DNA of 64,000 bases from Trueperaceae bacterium. GTDB taxonomy: Bacteria; Deinococcota; Deinococci; Deinococcales; Trueperaceae. Positions 8,711 through 17,451 of this stretch are shown here, piece by piece (position 1 is the stretch's first letter; every line of letters starts with the position of its first letter). The notes below the pieces were generated by a model. That model worked only from the letters and a program-made list of their open reading frames with translations, made no database searches and was not told where the DNA came from. The stretch covers positions 3,776,001 through 3,840,000 of the forward strand of contig CBDCDZ010000004.1 of the NCBI GenBank assembly GCA_965215565.1, written 5' to 3'. A program made the translations under genes and the position numbers.

Positions 8711-11700
8711 GACACACTCCCTTCTACAATCTTAACCTCTTCCTCCGTCAGCCCATAAAGCTCATACACCAGCGCGTCTATCCGCTCGCCCAGCGCCGCA
8801 ATCTCCCGCGTCACGCGCTCTAACTCCGAGCCCGCCGCACCCGCCTTCTGCTCATGCAGCCCCAACATCTCATCCACCATTTTTGTCATGCAGTCGTGCT
8901 GGTGTTTGTCGGTGGGGTTGGAGAGGTTGAGGGTGCGGATGGGGAGTTGTTCGACGTATTGGGTGAAGAAGCGGAGGTAGCCGCCGCGATAAACAGCGAA
9001 TGCGTTACTGTAGACGAACATCATAAGCGCCGAATTGATGAGGGCGAGAAGATATTTATCGTTGCTCGGAAAAAAGTAAGTGGTGTTGACGGAGTAAAAG
9101 TTACCGCAAGCATCTAGCGTAAAATTCCCTCGAGAACCGATGTCAGGGAAGATAATTTTAGATTTTTCAAAAAGGTTGTAGTAGTCGCAGGGTCTCAGCT
9201 CCCACCAAAACTGACCTTTATCCCCGCGCTTTCTTGCTCGTTCTTCAAAGGGTTTCAAATGTTCCGTGATTGCGGGGTATTGCTGCTGTAACCACGCCCA
9301 CTTATCGCTCGTCTCTCCTGAATTCGCGTTCGTCCAGCCATTTGGAAAGAGAATAAGGTGCTTATCGCTCTGCGGAGGCTGATACCTCTTCACATCCCGC
9401 CCCGCCAAAAACGGTTTAATCACCTCTTCGTTTTTCGGGTCTTCGGCGATGAGCTTGTCTCTGGTGGCTTGGTCGATGACGAAGGCTTCATTAAAACCTG
9501 TTTTGATACCGTAGTAGATTTTCCCGTCTACGTACCTCTCTAACGGCACGCCTGCTTTGTTTATCTTGTTCAAGACCTTTTGCGCGTCCTTGCTGGCTAA
9601 GGACCAGCCGCTACCGTCTAGCTCGGCTTGGGGTTGGGCGTAGGCACGCTGTTTGATGTAGCCGCGCAGGTCGTTGTAGGCTAACTCCTCCATCTTGACG
9701 ATGTTCACCTCTTGGCTGGGCTTGTCTCTGCTTACGAAGAGGATGCAGGGGTAGGTGGTGGCGCTTTCAAAGACGGGTAGGTCGCCGTAGTCGATGATGG
9801 TCATGAGGTCTTGCTTTTTGAGCCATTGGCGCAAGGGCTTGCCGTAGTTCGCCCGCATCCACTTGTTCGCGACGATGTAGGAGAAGACGCCTTTTCTCCT
9901 TAGCAGCTTGACGCCTAGCTCGATGAAGTAGACGAAGAGGTCTGCCGCGCCGTGATACGCCTCGTATTGGGCTTTGAGGTGCGGCTTGAGGTCGCCTAGC
10001 GCTTCTTGGCGGACGTAGGGCGGGTTGCCGATGACGATATCGAAGCCACCATCTCTGATAGCTCTGGGTTCAGCAAGGGGCTGAGCAAGGGGCTGAGCAA
10101 GGGGCTGAGTGGGGTGCTGAGCAAGGGGCTGAAGCCCCTTGTTGGTGGCGGTGGCGCTCTCTGGTGAGGTCAGCATGGATTCAACAAGGGGTTTCAACCC
10201 CTTGTTCTCAGGAAGGCGGTGCTTGTCTCTGTTGTGGGTCACGTAGTGCAAGGTGTTGTGAAGTTGCGCGTCCGTCGTGATCGCTTGCGCATGATACTTC
10301 TGCGCCCACAAATTGAGCGGGTCTGTAATGCCGCGTGCTTGCTTGAAGCGGTATGCGGATTTACCTTTGAGCTTGCGGACAATGTCGCTAAGCTCGTTAG
10401 GATCACACGTCAGGACCATATGAACGTGGTCTTGGCAGATGTTGTACGCCGACACCTTCAGGTCGTTTTCGGCGACGGTATCACGGATATAGCGTGTAAT
10501 CTCGACCTCTTGCGCTTCGTCTAGCAGAACGGGTTCACCGCGCTTGACACCGAACGTCACCATGCGTTCGCTCACGCGGCTGTTGTGCGCAACCCAAGTG
10601 ACATGATACGCCTGCAAAGTTTGTGGCGTGTGGATGTGCTGCCGGAAGACCTCACTAAAATGAACGCGGAAGTCGAAGTCCGCCTTTGCGCCGAAGTCTT
10701 GGGCAGACTTAAAGACGTTCGTGATGGTTTGGTCTATACGGGCGGAGAGGTCGCGCTTCTGCTTTTGGCGTGTCTCGCTGAAGTACGCCCGCTTGAGCTT
10801 TTCTAACTCGCGCATCTCGCTGTCGTCTAAGATGGCTCCTTCCAAACTCAGCACGGAGTTTCCTGCGACGATCTTATAGTCTAAGTTGGGCAGCGGCTCG
10901 ATGCCGTCGGCGTCGTCTTCGTCTACGACTAGCGAGAGCCAGAGGCGCAGCTTGGCGATGTCTACGGCGCTACGGTCGATGTCCACGCCGTAGATGCTCT
11001 CCTGGATGGCGCGGCGCTTGAGGGCGTAGGGGGTGCGCTCTTGTGGGTCTTTGAGGTGGGGCGTCAGCGCGGCGCGGGCGCGGACGATCTCGTTCATGAT
11101 GCCTACCGGAAACGCGCCGGAGCCGATGGCGGGGTCGCAGATTTTGATGTTGGCTAGAGCGTCGTCCACCTCTTGCGCGTGCTCGCGGACGCTTTCGGGC
11201 AGCCGGAAGGTGTACTTATCGGTCTCTTTGCCCTTTTTCATCACGCGGGTATCGTTTTCTACGGCTTGGTCGCCTAAGCGGATGAAGGTCTCTAGGTCCT
11301 CCTTGGGGACGCGCGGCTCGTAGACCTCTTCGGTGAGGGCGGCTTGGGTAGCTTGGGGTCGCCCAAAGAGGTCGTCCTGAACAGCTCCGACTATAGCAAA
11401 GGGCTTAAGCCCCTTGTTCAAGCGGGTGTCCAGAAAGCTCACTAGGCTCTCCTGACACATGTAGTGGACGATTTCGCGGGGCGTGTAGAACGCGCCTTTA
11501 GACTTGCGGTCTTCGACTTCCAAGAGGTTTTCAAAGACCTTACCGAGCATCTCGGGGTCTACGGCGACCTCTTTCTCCAAGGGTTCGTCTTCACGCACGG
11601 TGAAGTTGTACAAATCGAACACGTCCATGATGCGCTCGAAGGTCTTGTTTTGAAGCGGTATCGGCACGTTCACCCAGTCGTAGCCGCCGCTCGGCTCGAA

Positions 11701-12666
11701 GAGTCCGCCATTCAAAAAGGGGATTTTGCAGTCAAAGCGGCTGTAGAAGTTCTCGCTGCGCTCGAGGGCTAGGGCTTCGTAGAACAAGGGTTCTAAGATG
11801 TCGTCGAAAAAGTTGGTGTACGGCACGTAATCCTGCTTGTAGAGGCGGCGCAAGAAGTCCTTGGGTCCCGCGCCCCACGCTTCGCCGCGCTCCACGCCGA
11901 GCCAGCCCTTTTTCTGTAAGAAGTATAAGAAGACAACCTGACCCATGAGCCGTTTGGCGAAGTTGGCGGGGGTGAGGTCTTTGGTTTCGAACTCGGTCTG
12001 TATCTCTTGGTTGCGCTTTAAGAGAGCGTCTAGCTCCTCTTTGAGTTCCAGAAAGAGTGCTTTGTACTGCTTGAAGAACTCTGCCGTCACGCTCTCGATG
12101 TCGAAGGCGGCTTCTAAGGCGTTTAGCGTGACCGGAGCGTCCCTGCGCAGGATAGGTAAGAGCTGTTGCTGCGCGGTGTGGGTGCGCTCGCCTTCACCGA
12201 CCAGGAAGGAGTAGCGGCGAGCTGGGCTGAGTTCCTTGCTGGTTTTGCCCGTTTCGAAGTCGAGGCTGTACTCCATGCGCACCAGCGAGAAGCGCCAGTC
12301 GGGGGTGTCGTCGCTGTAGAAGGCGACCAGGGCGGCGTCGCGCTGAATGTCGCCGCGCCCCCGGTCTAAATACTTGGCGACGAAGTTGCGCTGAGTGGTG
12401 CGGGCGCGTTCTAGTTTGCTGTTGCCTTTGAGTTTCACCGCGAGGATGTCTATCTGGTTTTCCTCGGCGTCCGTGAATGAGCCGATGCGCTTGTACTGCG
12501 CGACGTGGTCTTTGTAGTCGTCCCAGATGTAGTTGCCGCTGAGGGCGCGGTCGTCCTTCTCGCCGAACTCCCTGAACACGTTGCGCACAAACGTCCTGAA
12601 ACGCGCCTCGTCGTAGGGCTGGTTGAAGGTCGCTTCGACTAATCTCTTTGCGGCTTGCTCGTTCAC
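8707..12666 (-). CDS. Eco57I/type IIG-like N6-adenine DNA methyltransferase with TaqI-like C-terminal specificity domain and an inserted HUH transposase domain
   Basis: PFLNGGLFE, GKVFENLL, GAFYTPRE, motif I DPAIGSGAF, motif IV GNPPY and C-terminal LVYELYGLTEEE. Confidence 0.9.
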   Translation of the reverse strand: MNEQAAKRLVEATFNQPYDEARFRTFVRNVFREFGEKDDRALSGNYIWDDYKDHVAQYKRIGSFTDAEENQIDILAVKLKGNSKLERARTTQRNFVAKYLDRGRGDIQRDAALVAFYSDDTPDWRFSLVRMEYSLDFETGKTSKELSPARRYSFLVGEGERTHTAQQQLLPILRRDAPVTLNALEAAFDIESVTAEFFKQYKALFLELKEELDALLKRNQEIQTEFETKDLTPANFAKRLMGQVVFLYFLQKKGWLGVERGEAWGAGPKDFLRRLYKQDYVPYTNFFDDILEPLFYEALALERSENFYSRFDCKIPFLNGGLFEPSGGYDWVNVPIPLQNKTFERIMDVFDLYNFTVREDEPLEKEVAVDPEMLGKVFENLLEVEDRKSKGAFYTPREIVHYMCQESLVSFLDTRLNKGLKPFAIVGAVQDDLFGRPQATQAALTEEVYEPRVPKEDLETFIRLGDQAVENDTRVMKKGKETDKYTFRLPESVREHAQEVDDALANIKICDPAIGSGAFPVGIMNEIVRARAALTPHLKDPQERTPYALKRRAIQESIYGVDIDRSAVDIAKLRLWLSLVVDEDDADGIEPLPNLDYKIVAGNSVLSLEGAILDDSEMRELEKLKRAYFSETRQKQKRDLSARIDQTITNVFKSAQDFGAKADFDFRVHFSEVFRQHIHTPQTLQAYHVTWVAHNSRVSERMVTFGVKRGEPVLLDEAQEVEITRYIRDTVAENDLKVSAYNICQDHVHMVLTCDPNELSDIVRKLKGKSAYRFKQARGITDPLNLWAQKYHAQAITTDAQLHNTLHYVTHNRDKHRLPENKGLKPLVESMLTSPESATATNKGLQPLAQHPTQPLAQPLAQPLAEPRAIRDGGFDIVIGNPPYVRQEALGDLKPHLKAQYEAYHGAADLFVYFIELGVKLLRRKGVFSYIVANKWMRANYGKPLRQWLKKQDLMTIIDYGDLPVFESATTYPCILFVSRDKPSQEVNIVKMEELAYNDLRGYIKQRAYAQPQAELDGSGWSLASKDAQKVLNKINKAGVPLERYVDGKIYYGIKTGFNEAFVIDQATRDKLIAEDPKNEEVIKPFLAGRDVKRYQPPQSDKHLILFPNGWTNANSGETSDKWAWLQQQYPAITEHLKPFEERARKRGDKGQFWWELRPCDYYNLFEKSKIIFPDIGSRGNFTLDACGNFYSVNTTYFFPSNDKYLLALINSALMMFVYSNAFAVYRGGYLRFFTQYVEQLPIRTLNLSNPTDKHQHDCMTKMVDEMLGLHEQKAGAAGSELERVTREIAALGERIDALVYELYGLTEEEVKIVEGSVS
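10054..10641 (-). mobile_element. In-frame Y1/HUH transposase domain (IS200/RAYT-like) inside the methyltransferase
   Basis: About 196 aa between FSEVFR and DGGFDIVIGNPPY. Contains YHVTW, HUH motif DHVHMV (10420-10428), LKGKSA, LWAQKY and catalytic-Tyr helix LHYVTHNRDKH. Confidence 0.85.
10072..10206. repeat. Two 24-bp REP-like palindromes plus tandem 12-bp half-sites
   Basis: AACAAGGGGTTTCAACCCCTTGTT (10183-10206), AGCAAGGGGCTGAAGCCCCTTGTT (10120-10143) and AGCAAGGGGCTG x3 (10072-10107). Confidence 0.92.
11395..11418. repeat. REP-like palindrome inside the methyltransferase ORF
   Basis: AGCAAAGGGCTTAAGCCCCTTGTT, read as NKGLKPFA. Confidence 0.88.
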
Positions 12667-12710
12667 GTTACGTTGTTACCTTTCTTGGCGAGGGGCTTGG
12701 CAGTGGCAGT

Positions 12711-12746
12711 AGCAAGGGGCTTAAGCCCCTTGTTGAGCCCCTTGTT
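12711..12746. repeat. Intergenic REP-like palindrome plus half-site
   Basis: AGCAAGGGGCTTAAGCCCCTTGTT-GAGCCCCTTGTT between the helicase and methyltransferase genes. Confidence 0.9.
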
Positions 12747-12753
12747 ACCTTGA

Positions 12754-15700
12754 CTACTCATTACCAACTAGATACTCAGACAGGATGACCTCACGCGGCA
12801 CGCTCTCGGTGTCGTCCTGGGCGGTTCTCACAAACGTGCTTTCGCCGATGTGCTGCTTCAACACGTTTAGGATAGTGAGCGGTTGATAGCCCGCTGCTTT
12901 GAGGTCGGACATGACGGTCTTGGTGGTGTTTTTGGCGACCGTGCCCGCCTCTAACGCCTGCCGCACCTCACCCAAATAGACTTCGTCGTCGTCGGTGAAG
13001 CCCTTGAAGCGGGTCACTTCTCGAGACTTCAACATGGTTCTCAGCTTGTTTTCGCTCGAGTGTCCCCCGCCACCTTTAGCGCCGCTCTTGGGCTCGGGCA
13101 AATCTTCGGTGAGCGTCAGCCGAAACGCATCGTCGTTCTTCGCTAAGAGGTCGTAGTACGCGGGGGGTATTTTGCGTCTCGGTTCGTCCGGCTTACACGC
13201 GAACAGCTCGGCAGCTTGGAAAAACTCGAGTTCGTAGTCTGACGCGCCGTCGCTCAGGAAGAACTTCTTGAGCCTGCCGCGCCGGAAAAAGGTGATGAGG
13301 GCGTCTCTATCTGCGCCCTCGACACCTAGAGGTCGATTAGGGAGTCGCTTTGCGCTCCGCGCTTTTTTAGGGAGGCGCTTGACCCGCTCGAACAGCTCGG
13401 GCTCCTTGTCGCGGACGTCCCTTAAAAGCTGCAAATACTGCAACTCGGAGCGCTCGTCCTCTTCCTGCTCTAAGCTCTCCTTGCTCGTTAGCGTCTGGTA
13501 GAGCCTATCGCCAAAGAGTGCGTGCGTGGTCACCTCTTCGTCATCGGTGAGGTATTTGGCGTCTTCGCCCAGCGTGTCGTGAAAGGCTTGAATCTTCGCC
13601 TTGATGTTGCCCTCTAAGCCTAGGTGCGCGTCGCTTTGGTCGGTAGGAAAGAAGTTGAAGACGTAAGCGGTCTCATGCGCCGCGCCGACGCGGTTGATGC
13701 GCCCGACGCGCTGCAACACGCGGGTGGGGTTCCAGGGCAGGTCGTAGTTGATAACGACGTTCGAGCGGTGTAGGTTGATACCTTCAGCGAGCACGTCGGT
13801 AGTTACAAGCACGCGGATGTCGTCTTTTTGCTCGCGTTGGTTCGGGTCGAAATTCGCTTTGATGAGGTCTCTAGCCACCGTAACGCCATGACTCACCCCT
13901 CTATGAATACCGCCCTGACTCGCGTAGAAGAACGCTTTGCCGGGCATCGCCTCTTCCAGGTGCGTGTAGAGGTATTCACCCGTTTCCTTCGACTCGGTGA
14001 AGACGATGAGCTTTTGCCCTTTGAGAAGAGGGTGGTGCGTGACCTCATGAAGGAATTGCTCCAACTTGGGGTCTGTCTCGACACGCTGCCACATCCGCTC
14101 GATGGAGCGCAGCACGAGGAGGTCGTTGTTGAGGCTCACCAGGAAGTCATCCTCGAAGTCGCCCGCCGCGTAACTCTGCACCTCGCCGTGCTCAGCCAGC
14201 TCGATAAGCCGCGCCTCGTCGTCGCTCTCCAAGAGGTCATACACATCAAACTTCTTGCTGATATAGACCGCGCCGCTCCGAAACATGCCGATGAAGCGCT
14301 CGTAAGACTCGGTAAAGCGCCGCACGGTCTTCTTGAAGGCGTAGAAACTGCTCTCTAAGCGCTTGACCAAAACGCCTTTCATGAAGCCCCGAACGTTATG
14401 CTGCGACTGCTGCTCCAAAACGCCGACTTCGTGCTTGAGGTAGAGGAGCGGCGCGTAGCGGGCGTACTGAAACTCTTTGAGGAGTGCGATGGTGTCGTCG
14501 AAGACCTGTCCGGTCGCCTCGTCAAACTGATAGACGATGCGCTCGGGCGCAGCCAATTCGGGGAAGCTCAGTCCTTGGCCTTCCAAGTCCTCGCTGAAGT
14601 AATTTTTGATCTCGGTGCGCGTTCGCCTCACCATGACGTGGTTCAAAACTTTGCTTCTCACCTGCGCGGACGCTTCATTGAGCGCCTGAATGTAGACTGG
14701 GTCGGACCTGTCCCCGTCCACGCTTTTACGTGTCGCCTCGAGCGCCAGCCGCAATTTGTCGAAGAAGCTCTGCAAGTTCTTCACGCCGGGGATGCTGCTC
14801 TTTTTGGCGGGTTGAAAAAGTTTAAGGAGCGCTAGAATGTCCCCCAACTTGTTGTTGAGGGGCGTTGCTGAGACTAAGATCACCTTTTTGCCCGCGCATA
14901 TCTTGTGCAGGGTCTCAAAGGACTGCGTCGCTTCGTTGCGGAAGCGGTGGGCTTCGTCGATAAGGACATAGTCGTACCTGGCCGCGCCCTCTCTAAGCAC
15001 GCGGTCTATCTGCCCTAGGGACTCGATACGGCACTGCGGCACGCCGAACTCGAAGAGGGTCGCCCGCCAATAGTCGGCCAAGACTGGGGGGCAGATGATG
15101 AGCTTGCGTCCGGGGAGTTGCTGCAACAAGAGCGCGGAAATAAAGGTTTTGCCCAAGCCCACCACATCGGCTAAGAAAACGCCGTTATACGCCTCGAGTA
15201 TCTTCTTCGCGGAGAGCACCGCCTGACGCTGATAAGCGAGTTCCATGAACCCTTCAGGCAGGTAAAAGTCAACGTCCTGGTCGATGTTGATGTCTTCTTT
15301 GAAATATTCGTATAAGAACTTGAGATAGATACCAAAGGGTGTAACGTTGTCGCTGAGCCAAGTCTTTGTTCTGAGCGTGTCGATGTAGGCTTCGGAGATG
15401 TCCACGCTTTCAGCCCATAGCTCTTCAAATTTGGCGAGGGCGTATTCGACATCTGGCGCGTCTTTAAGTTCGACATTGAATTCGCGCTGGGCGACGAGCC
15501 CGTTTTCAGAGAAGTTGCTCGAGCCCGTAATGACCCGTCCGAAGTCGCGGTCGTCCTCCCCAAAGCGGCTGATGTAGACCTTGGCGTGCATGTTTCGGTC
15601 CCGAAAAGCTCGCAGTTCCAACTTGCCTGACTGGATGAATTCGATGAACTTCCTTGCCGAAATCTCCATGTCCAGGTTGTCAGCGGACGCTTCCATCTCG

Positions 15701-16026
15701 CGCACCAGCGCGTCACTAAACTCAGCTTGGACCTGGTGATGAGAGGCGAAACCAAGCTCGCCTTGCTGAACCCCTCTTTGGGCGTCAAGTCGGGCGGTCT
15801 CTAACAGCGTGAAGGCGTTGCGGTCTACCGACAAACCCACCAAGATGCGCACCTTATCAACAGTCTCCAGGGACTCGTAAAGCCTACGAAAGCCGCTCGT
15901 CCTGAAATAGCCCACCAGTACGTCGAAGTACTGAACGTCGCGCAGCGTCCTTACGAAGCGGTCGTAGAGCGTCTCGTCCGGCTCGTTGGTGAAGAACTTT
16001 AGATCGTTTCGCGGTATCGTCTTCAC
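12754..16026 (-). CDS. PLD-nuclease/SNF2-like helicase fusion (restriction partner)
   Basis: PLD motif MHAKVY...GSSNFS, Walker A ADVVGLGKT, DEAH, SATP, EGINL and QRVGRINR. Confidence 0.9.
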   Translation of the reverse strand: MKTIPRNDLKFFTNEPDETLYDRFVRTLRDVQYFDVLVGYFRTSGFRRLYESLETVDKVRILVGLSVDRNAFTLLETARLDAQRGVQQGELGFASHHQVQAEFSDALVREMEASADNLDMEISARKFIEFIQSGKLELRAFRDRNMHAKVYISRFGEDDRDFGRVITGSSNFSENGLVAQREFNVELKDAPDVEYALAKFEELWAESVDISEAYIDTLRTKTWLSDNVTPFGIYLKFLYEYFKEDINIDQDVDFYLPEGFMELAYQRQAVLSAKKILEAYNGVFLADVVGLGKTFISALLLQQLPGRKLIICPPVLADYWRATLFEFGVPQCRIESLGQIDRVLREGAARYDYVLIDEAHRFRNEATQSFETLHKICAGKKVILVSATPLNNKLGDILALLKLFQPAKKSSIPGVKNLQSFFDKLRLALEATRKSVDGDRSDPVYIQALNEASAQVRSKVLNHVMVRRTRTEIKNYFSEDLEGQGLSFPELAAPERIVYQFDEATGQVFDDTIALLKEFQYARYAPLLYLKHEVGVLEQQSQHNVRGFMKGVLVKRLESSFYAFKKTVRRFTESYERFIGMFRSGAVYISKKFDVYDLLESDDEARLIELAEHGEVQSYAAGDFEDDFLVSLNNDLLVLRSIERMWQRVETDPKLEQFLHEVTHHPLLKGQKLIVFTESKETGEYLYTHLEEAMPGKAFFYASQGGIHRGVSHGVTVARDLIKANFDPNQREQKDDIRVLVTTDVLAEGINLHRSNVVINYDLPWNPTRVLQRVGRINRVGAAHETAYVFNFFPTDQSDAHLGLEGNIKAKIQAFHDTLGEDAKYLTDDEEVTTHALFGDRLYQTLTSKESLEQEEDERSELQYLQLLRDVRDKEPELFERVKRLPKKARSAKRLPNRPLGVEGADRDALITFFRRGRLKKFFLSDGASDYELEFFQAAELFACKPDEPRRKIPPAYYDLLAKNDDAFRLTLTEDLPEPKSGAKGGGGHSSENKLRTMLKSREVTRFKGFTDDDEVYLGEVRQALEAGTVAKNTTKTVMSDLKAAGYQPLTILNVLKQHIGESTFVRTAQDDTESVPREVILSEYLVGNE

Positions 16027-16646
16027 GGCGCTACATCCTGTCTGAGAGGTTTGAAGTTTGGCGGCAGCCCCGCGTTGTGCTCTCGACTAGAAGAGTGAAC
16101 ATGCGGCGTCCGTTGGACACGCCCCTAGTAGCGTCAGCATACTTTAGATTGACTTTTGACACGTTGCACGTAAAGTAACATGAGGCTCGCACAGTTAGTG
16201 TGAAAAGTTTCGTGCTTGCCCTCTTACGTGCCTTATCCGAGCAACGCGCTGAGCGGTATAGTGACGGGTAAGCGCTCCAAATAGGCGGGCGTGAGCGAGT
16301 TCATAGAGAAATGCGCAATGAAACGTAGAAACGTGGTATAAGCACCCTTCAAAGTACCACGCTTATTTTGGGGTGCACCCTGCTCTAGTAGGACAAAGCA
16401 AGAAACTTTCTTAACGTCTTGCGAAAAGAAAGCGAAGGGCTCGAATCTTTTTTAGGCTACCATGTTGTTGAGCATAGTTCTCCGAGAGTCTGCGTCTATA
16501 CGAGTTAAGAAGCAATGGGCTAGAGCTTGTGGGTAGAGAGAAACGCTCCCCATACTCCGAAAAACTCGTCATGATAAGTTGTGAACTCTGAATTCGGAGT
16601 CTGTGTGGAGGTGCGTCCTCGAGCCCCCACCCCGTATGATGGATTT

Positions 16647-17441
16647 ATGGAAATCTACACCGAAGCCAACCGCGCCAAGTGGAATAAGCAGGCGGATATC
16701 CACGCCAGAGTGACGCTCGAGGGTCTTTTAGAGCGGGTCAGTGCGCCGGACTTCAGCACCTTTGATGAGGTCGAGCGTGCTGTCTTTGAGAGGATAGGGC
16801 TGGAGGGCAAAGCGGTTGCCCAGCCGAGCTGCAACAACGGGCGTGAACTTATCTCGGTTAAAAAGGCGGGCGCGGGGCGCTGCGTCGGCTTCGACATCTC
16901 GGAGAAGTTCACCGAACAAGGTGAGCGGCTCGCCCAAGCGGGCGGCGTGGACATCGAATTCGTCAGGACGAGCGTCTACGATATCCCGCATGAGTACGAC
17001 GCTCAGTTTGACCTCGTCTACGTGACGATCGGCGCGCTCGGCTGGCTACCCGACATGGCGGCGTATTTCGAGGTGATCGCTCGGCTGCTCAAGCCCGGCG
17101 GAGACCTCTTTTTGTATGAGATGCACCCCATTTTGGACATGTTCGAACCCGAGAAGGGTTTAGAAGTCGTCACCTCGTACTTCACTACCGAGCCCGACGT
17201 CGCGGACGATGAGCCCGACTACTACGATCCGTCGCAGATCGTCGCCGGGACCTCTTACTGGTTTCACCACAAGCTCTCGGACATCATCGGGAACTGCTTG
17301 CGAAGCGGGCTCAACCTCACCTCGTTCGAGGAGTATCCGCACGACCTCTCGGAGGTGTATAGGTCCTTCGAGGCGTTCGGGGCGAAGCCGCCGCTGTCGT
17401 ACTCGCTCACGGCGCGAAAAGGGGCGCAGAAGAGGGTGTAG
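16647..17441 (+). CDS. Class I SAM-dependent methyltransferase
   Basis: CNNGRE, GFDIS, FDLVYVTIGALGWLPD and LKPGG motifs. TATGAT -10 box 6 nt before ATG 16647. Confidence 0.85.
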   Translation: MEIYTEANRAKWNKQADIHARVTLEGLLERVSAPDFSTFDEVERAVFERIGLEGKAVAQPSCNNGRELISVKKAGAGRCVGFDISEKFTEQGERLAQAGGVDIEFVRTSVYDIPHEYDAQFDLVYVTIGALGWLPDMAAYFEVIARLLKPGGDLFLYEMHPILDMFEPEKGLEVVTSYFTTEPDVADDEPDYYDPSQIVAGTSYWFHHKLSDIIGNCLRSGLNLTSFEEYPHDLSEVYRSFEAFGAKPPLSYSLTARKGAQKRV

Positions 17442-17451
17442 AGGAGAGAGG

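Noticed and set aside
10072..10143. Short repeats as a CRISPR array
   Set aside because: 12-bp tandem units without unique spacers, inside an ORF, and no cas genes.
10054..10641. Insert as an intein or intact IS200 element
   Set aside because: No Cys/Ser start, His-Asn end or LAGLIDADG motif. It has no start or stop of its own and is read through in frame.
7446..16600. Intact integrative element or prophage at tRNA-Ile2
   Set aside because: No integrase or phage genes, and I found no duplicated tRNA 3' end at the far side.
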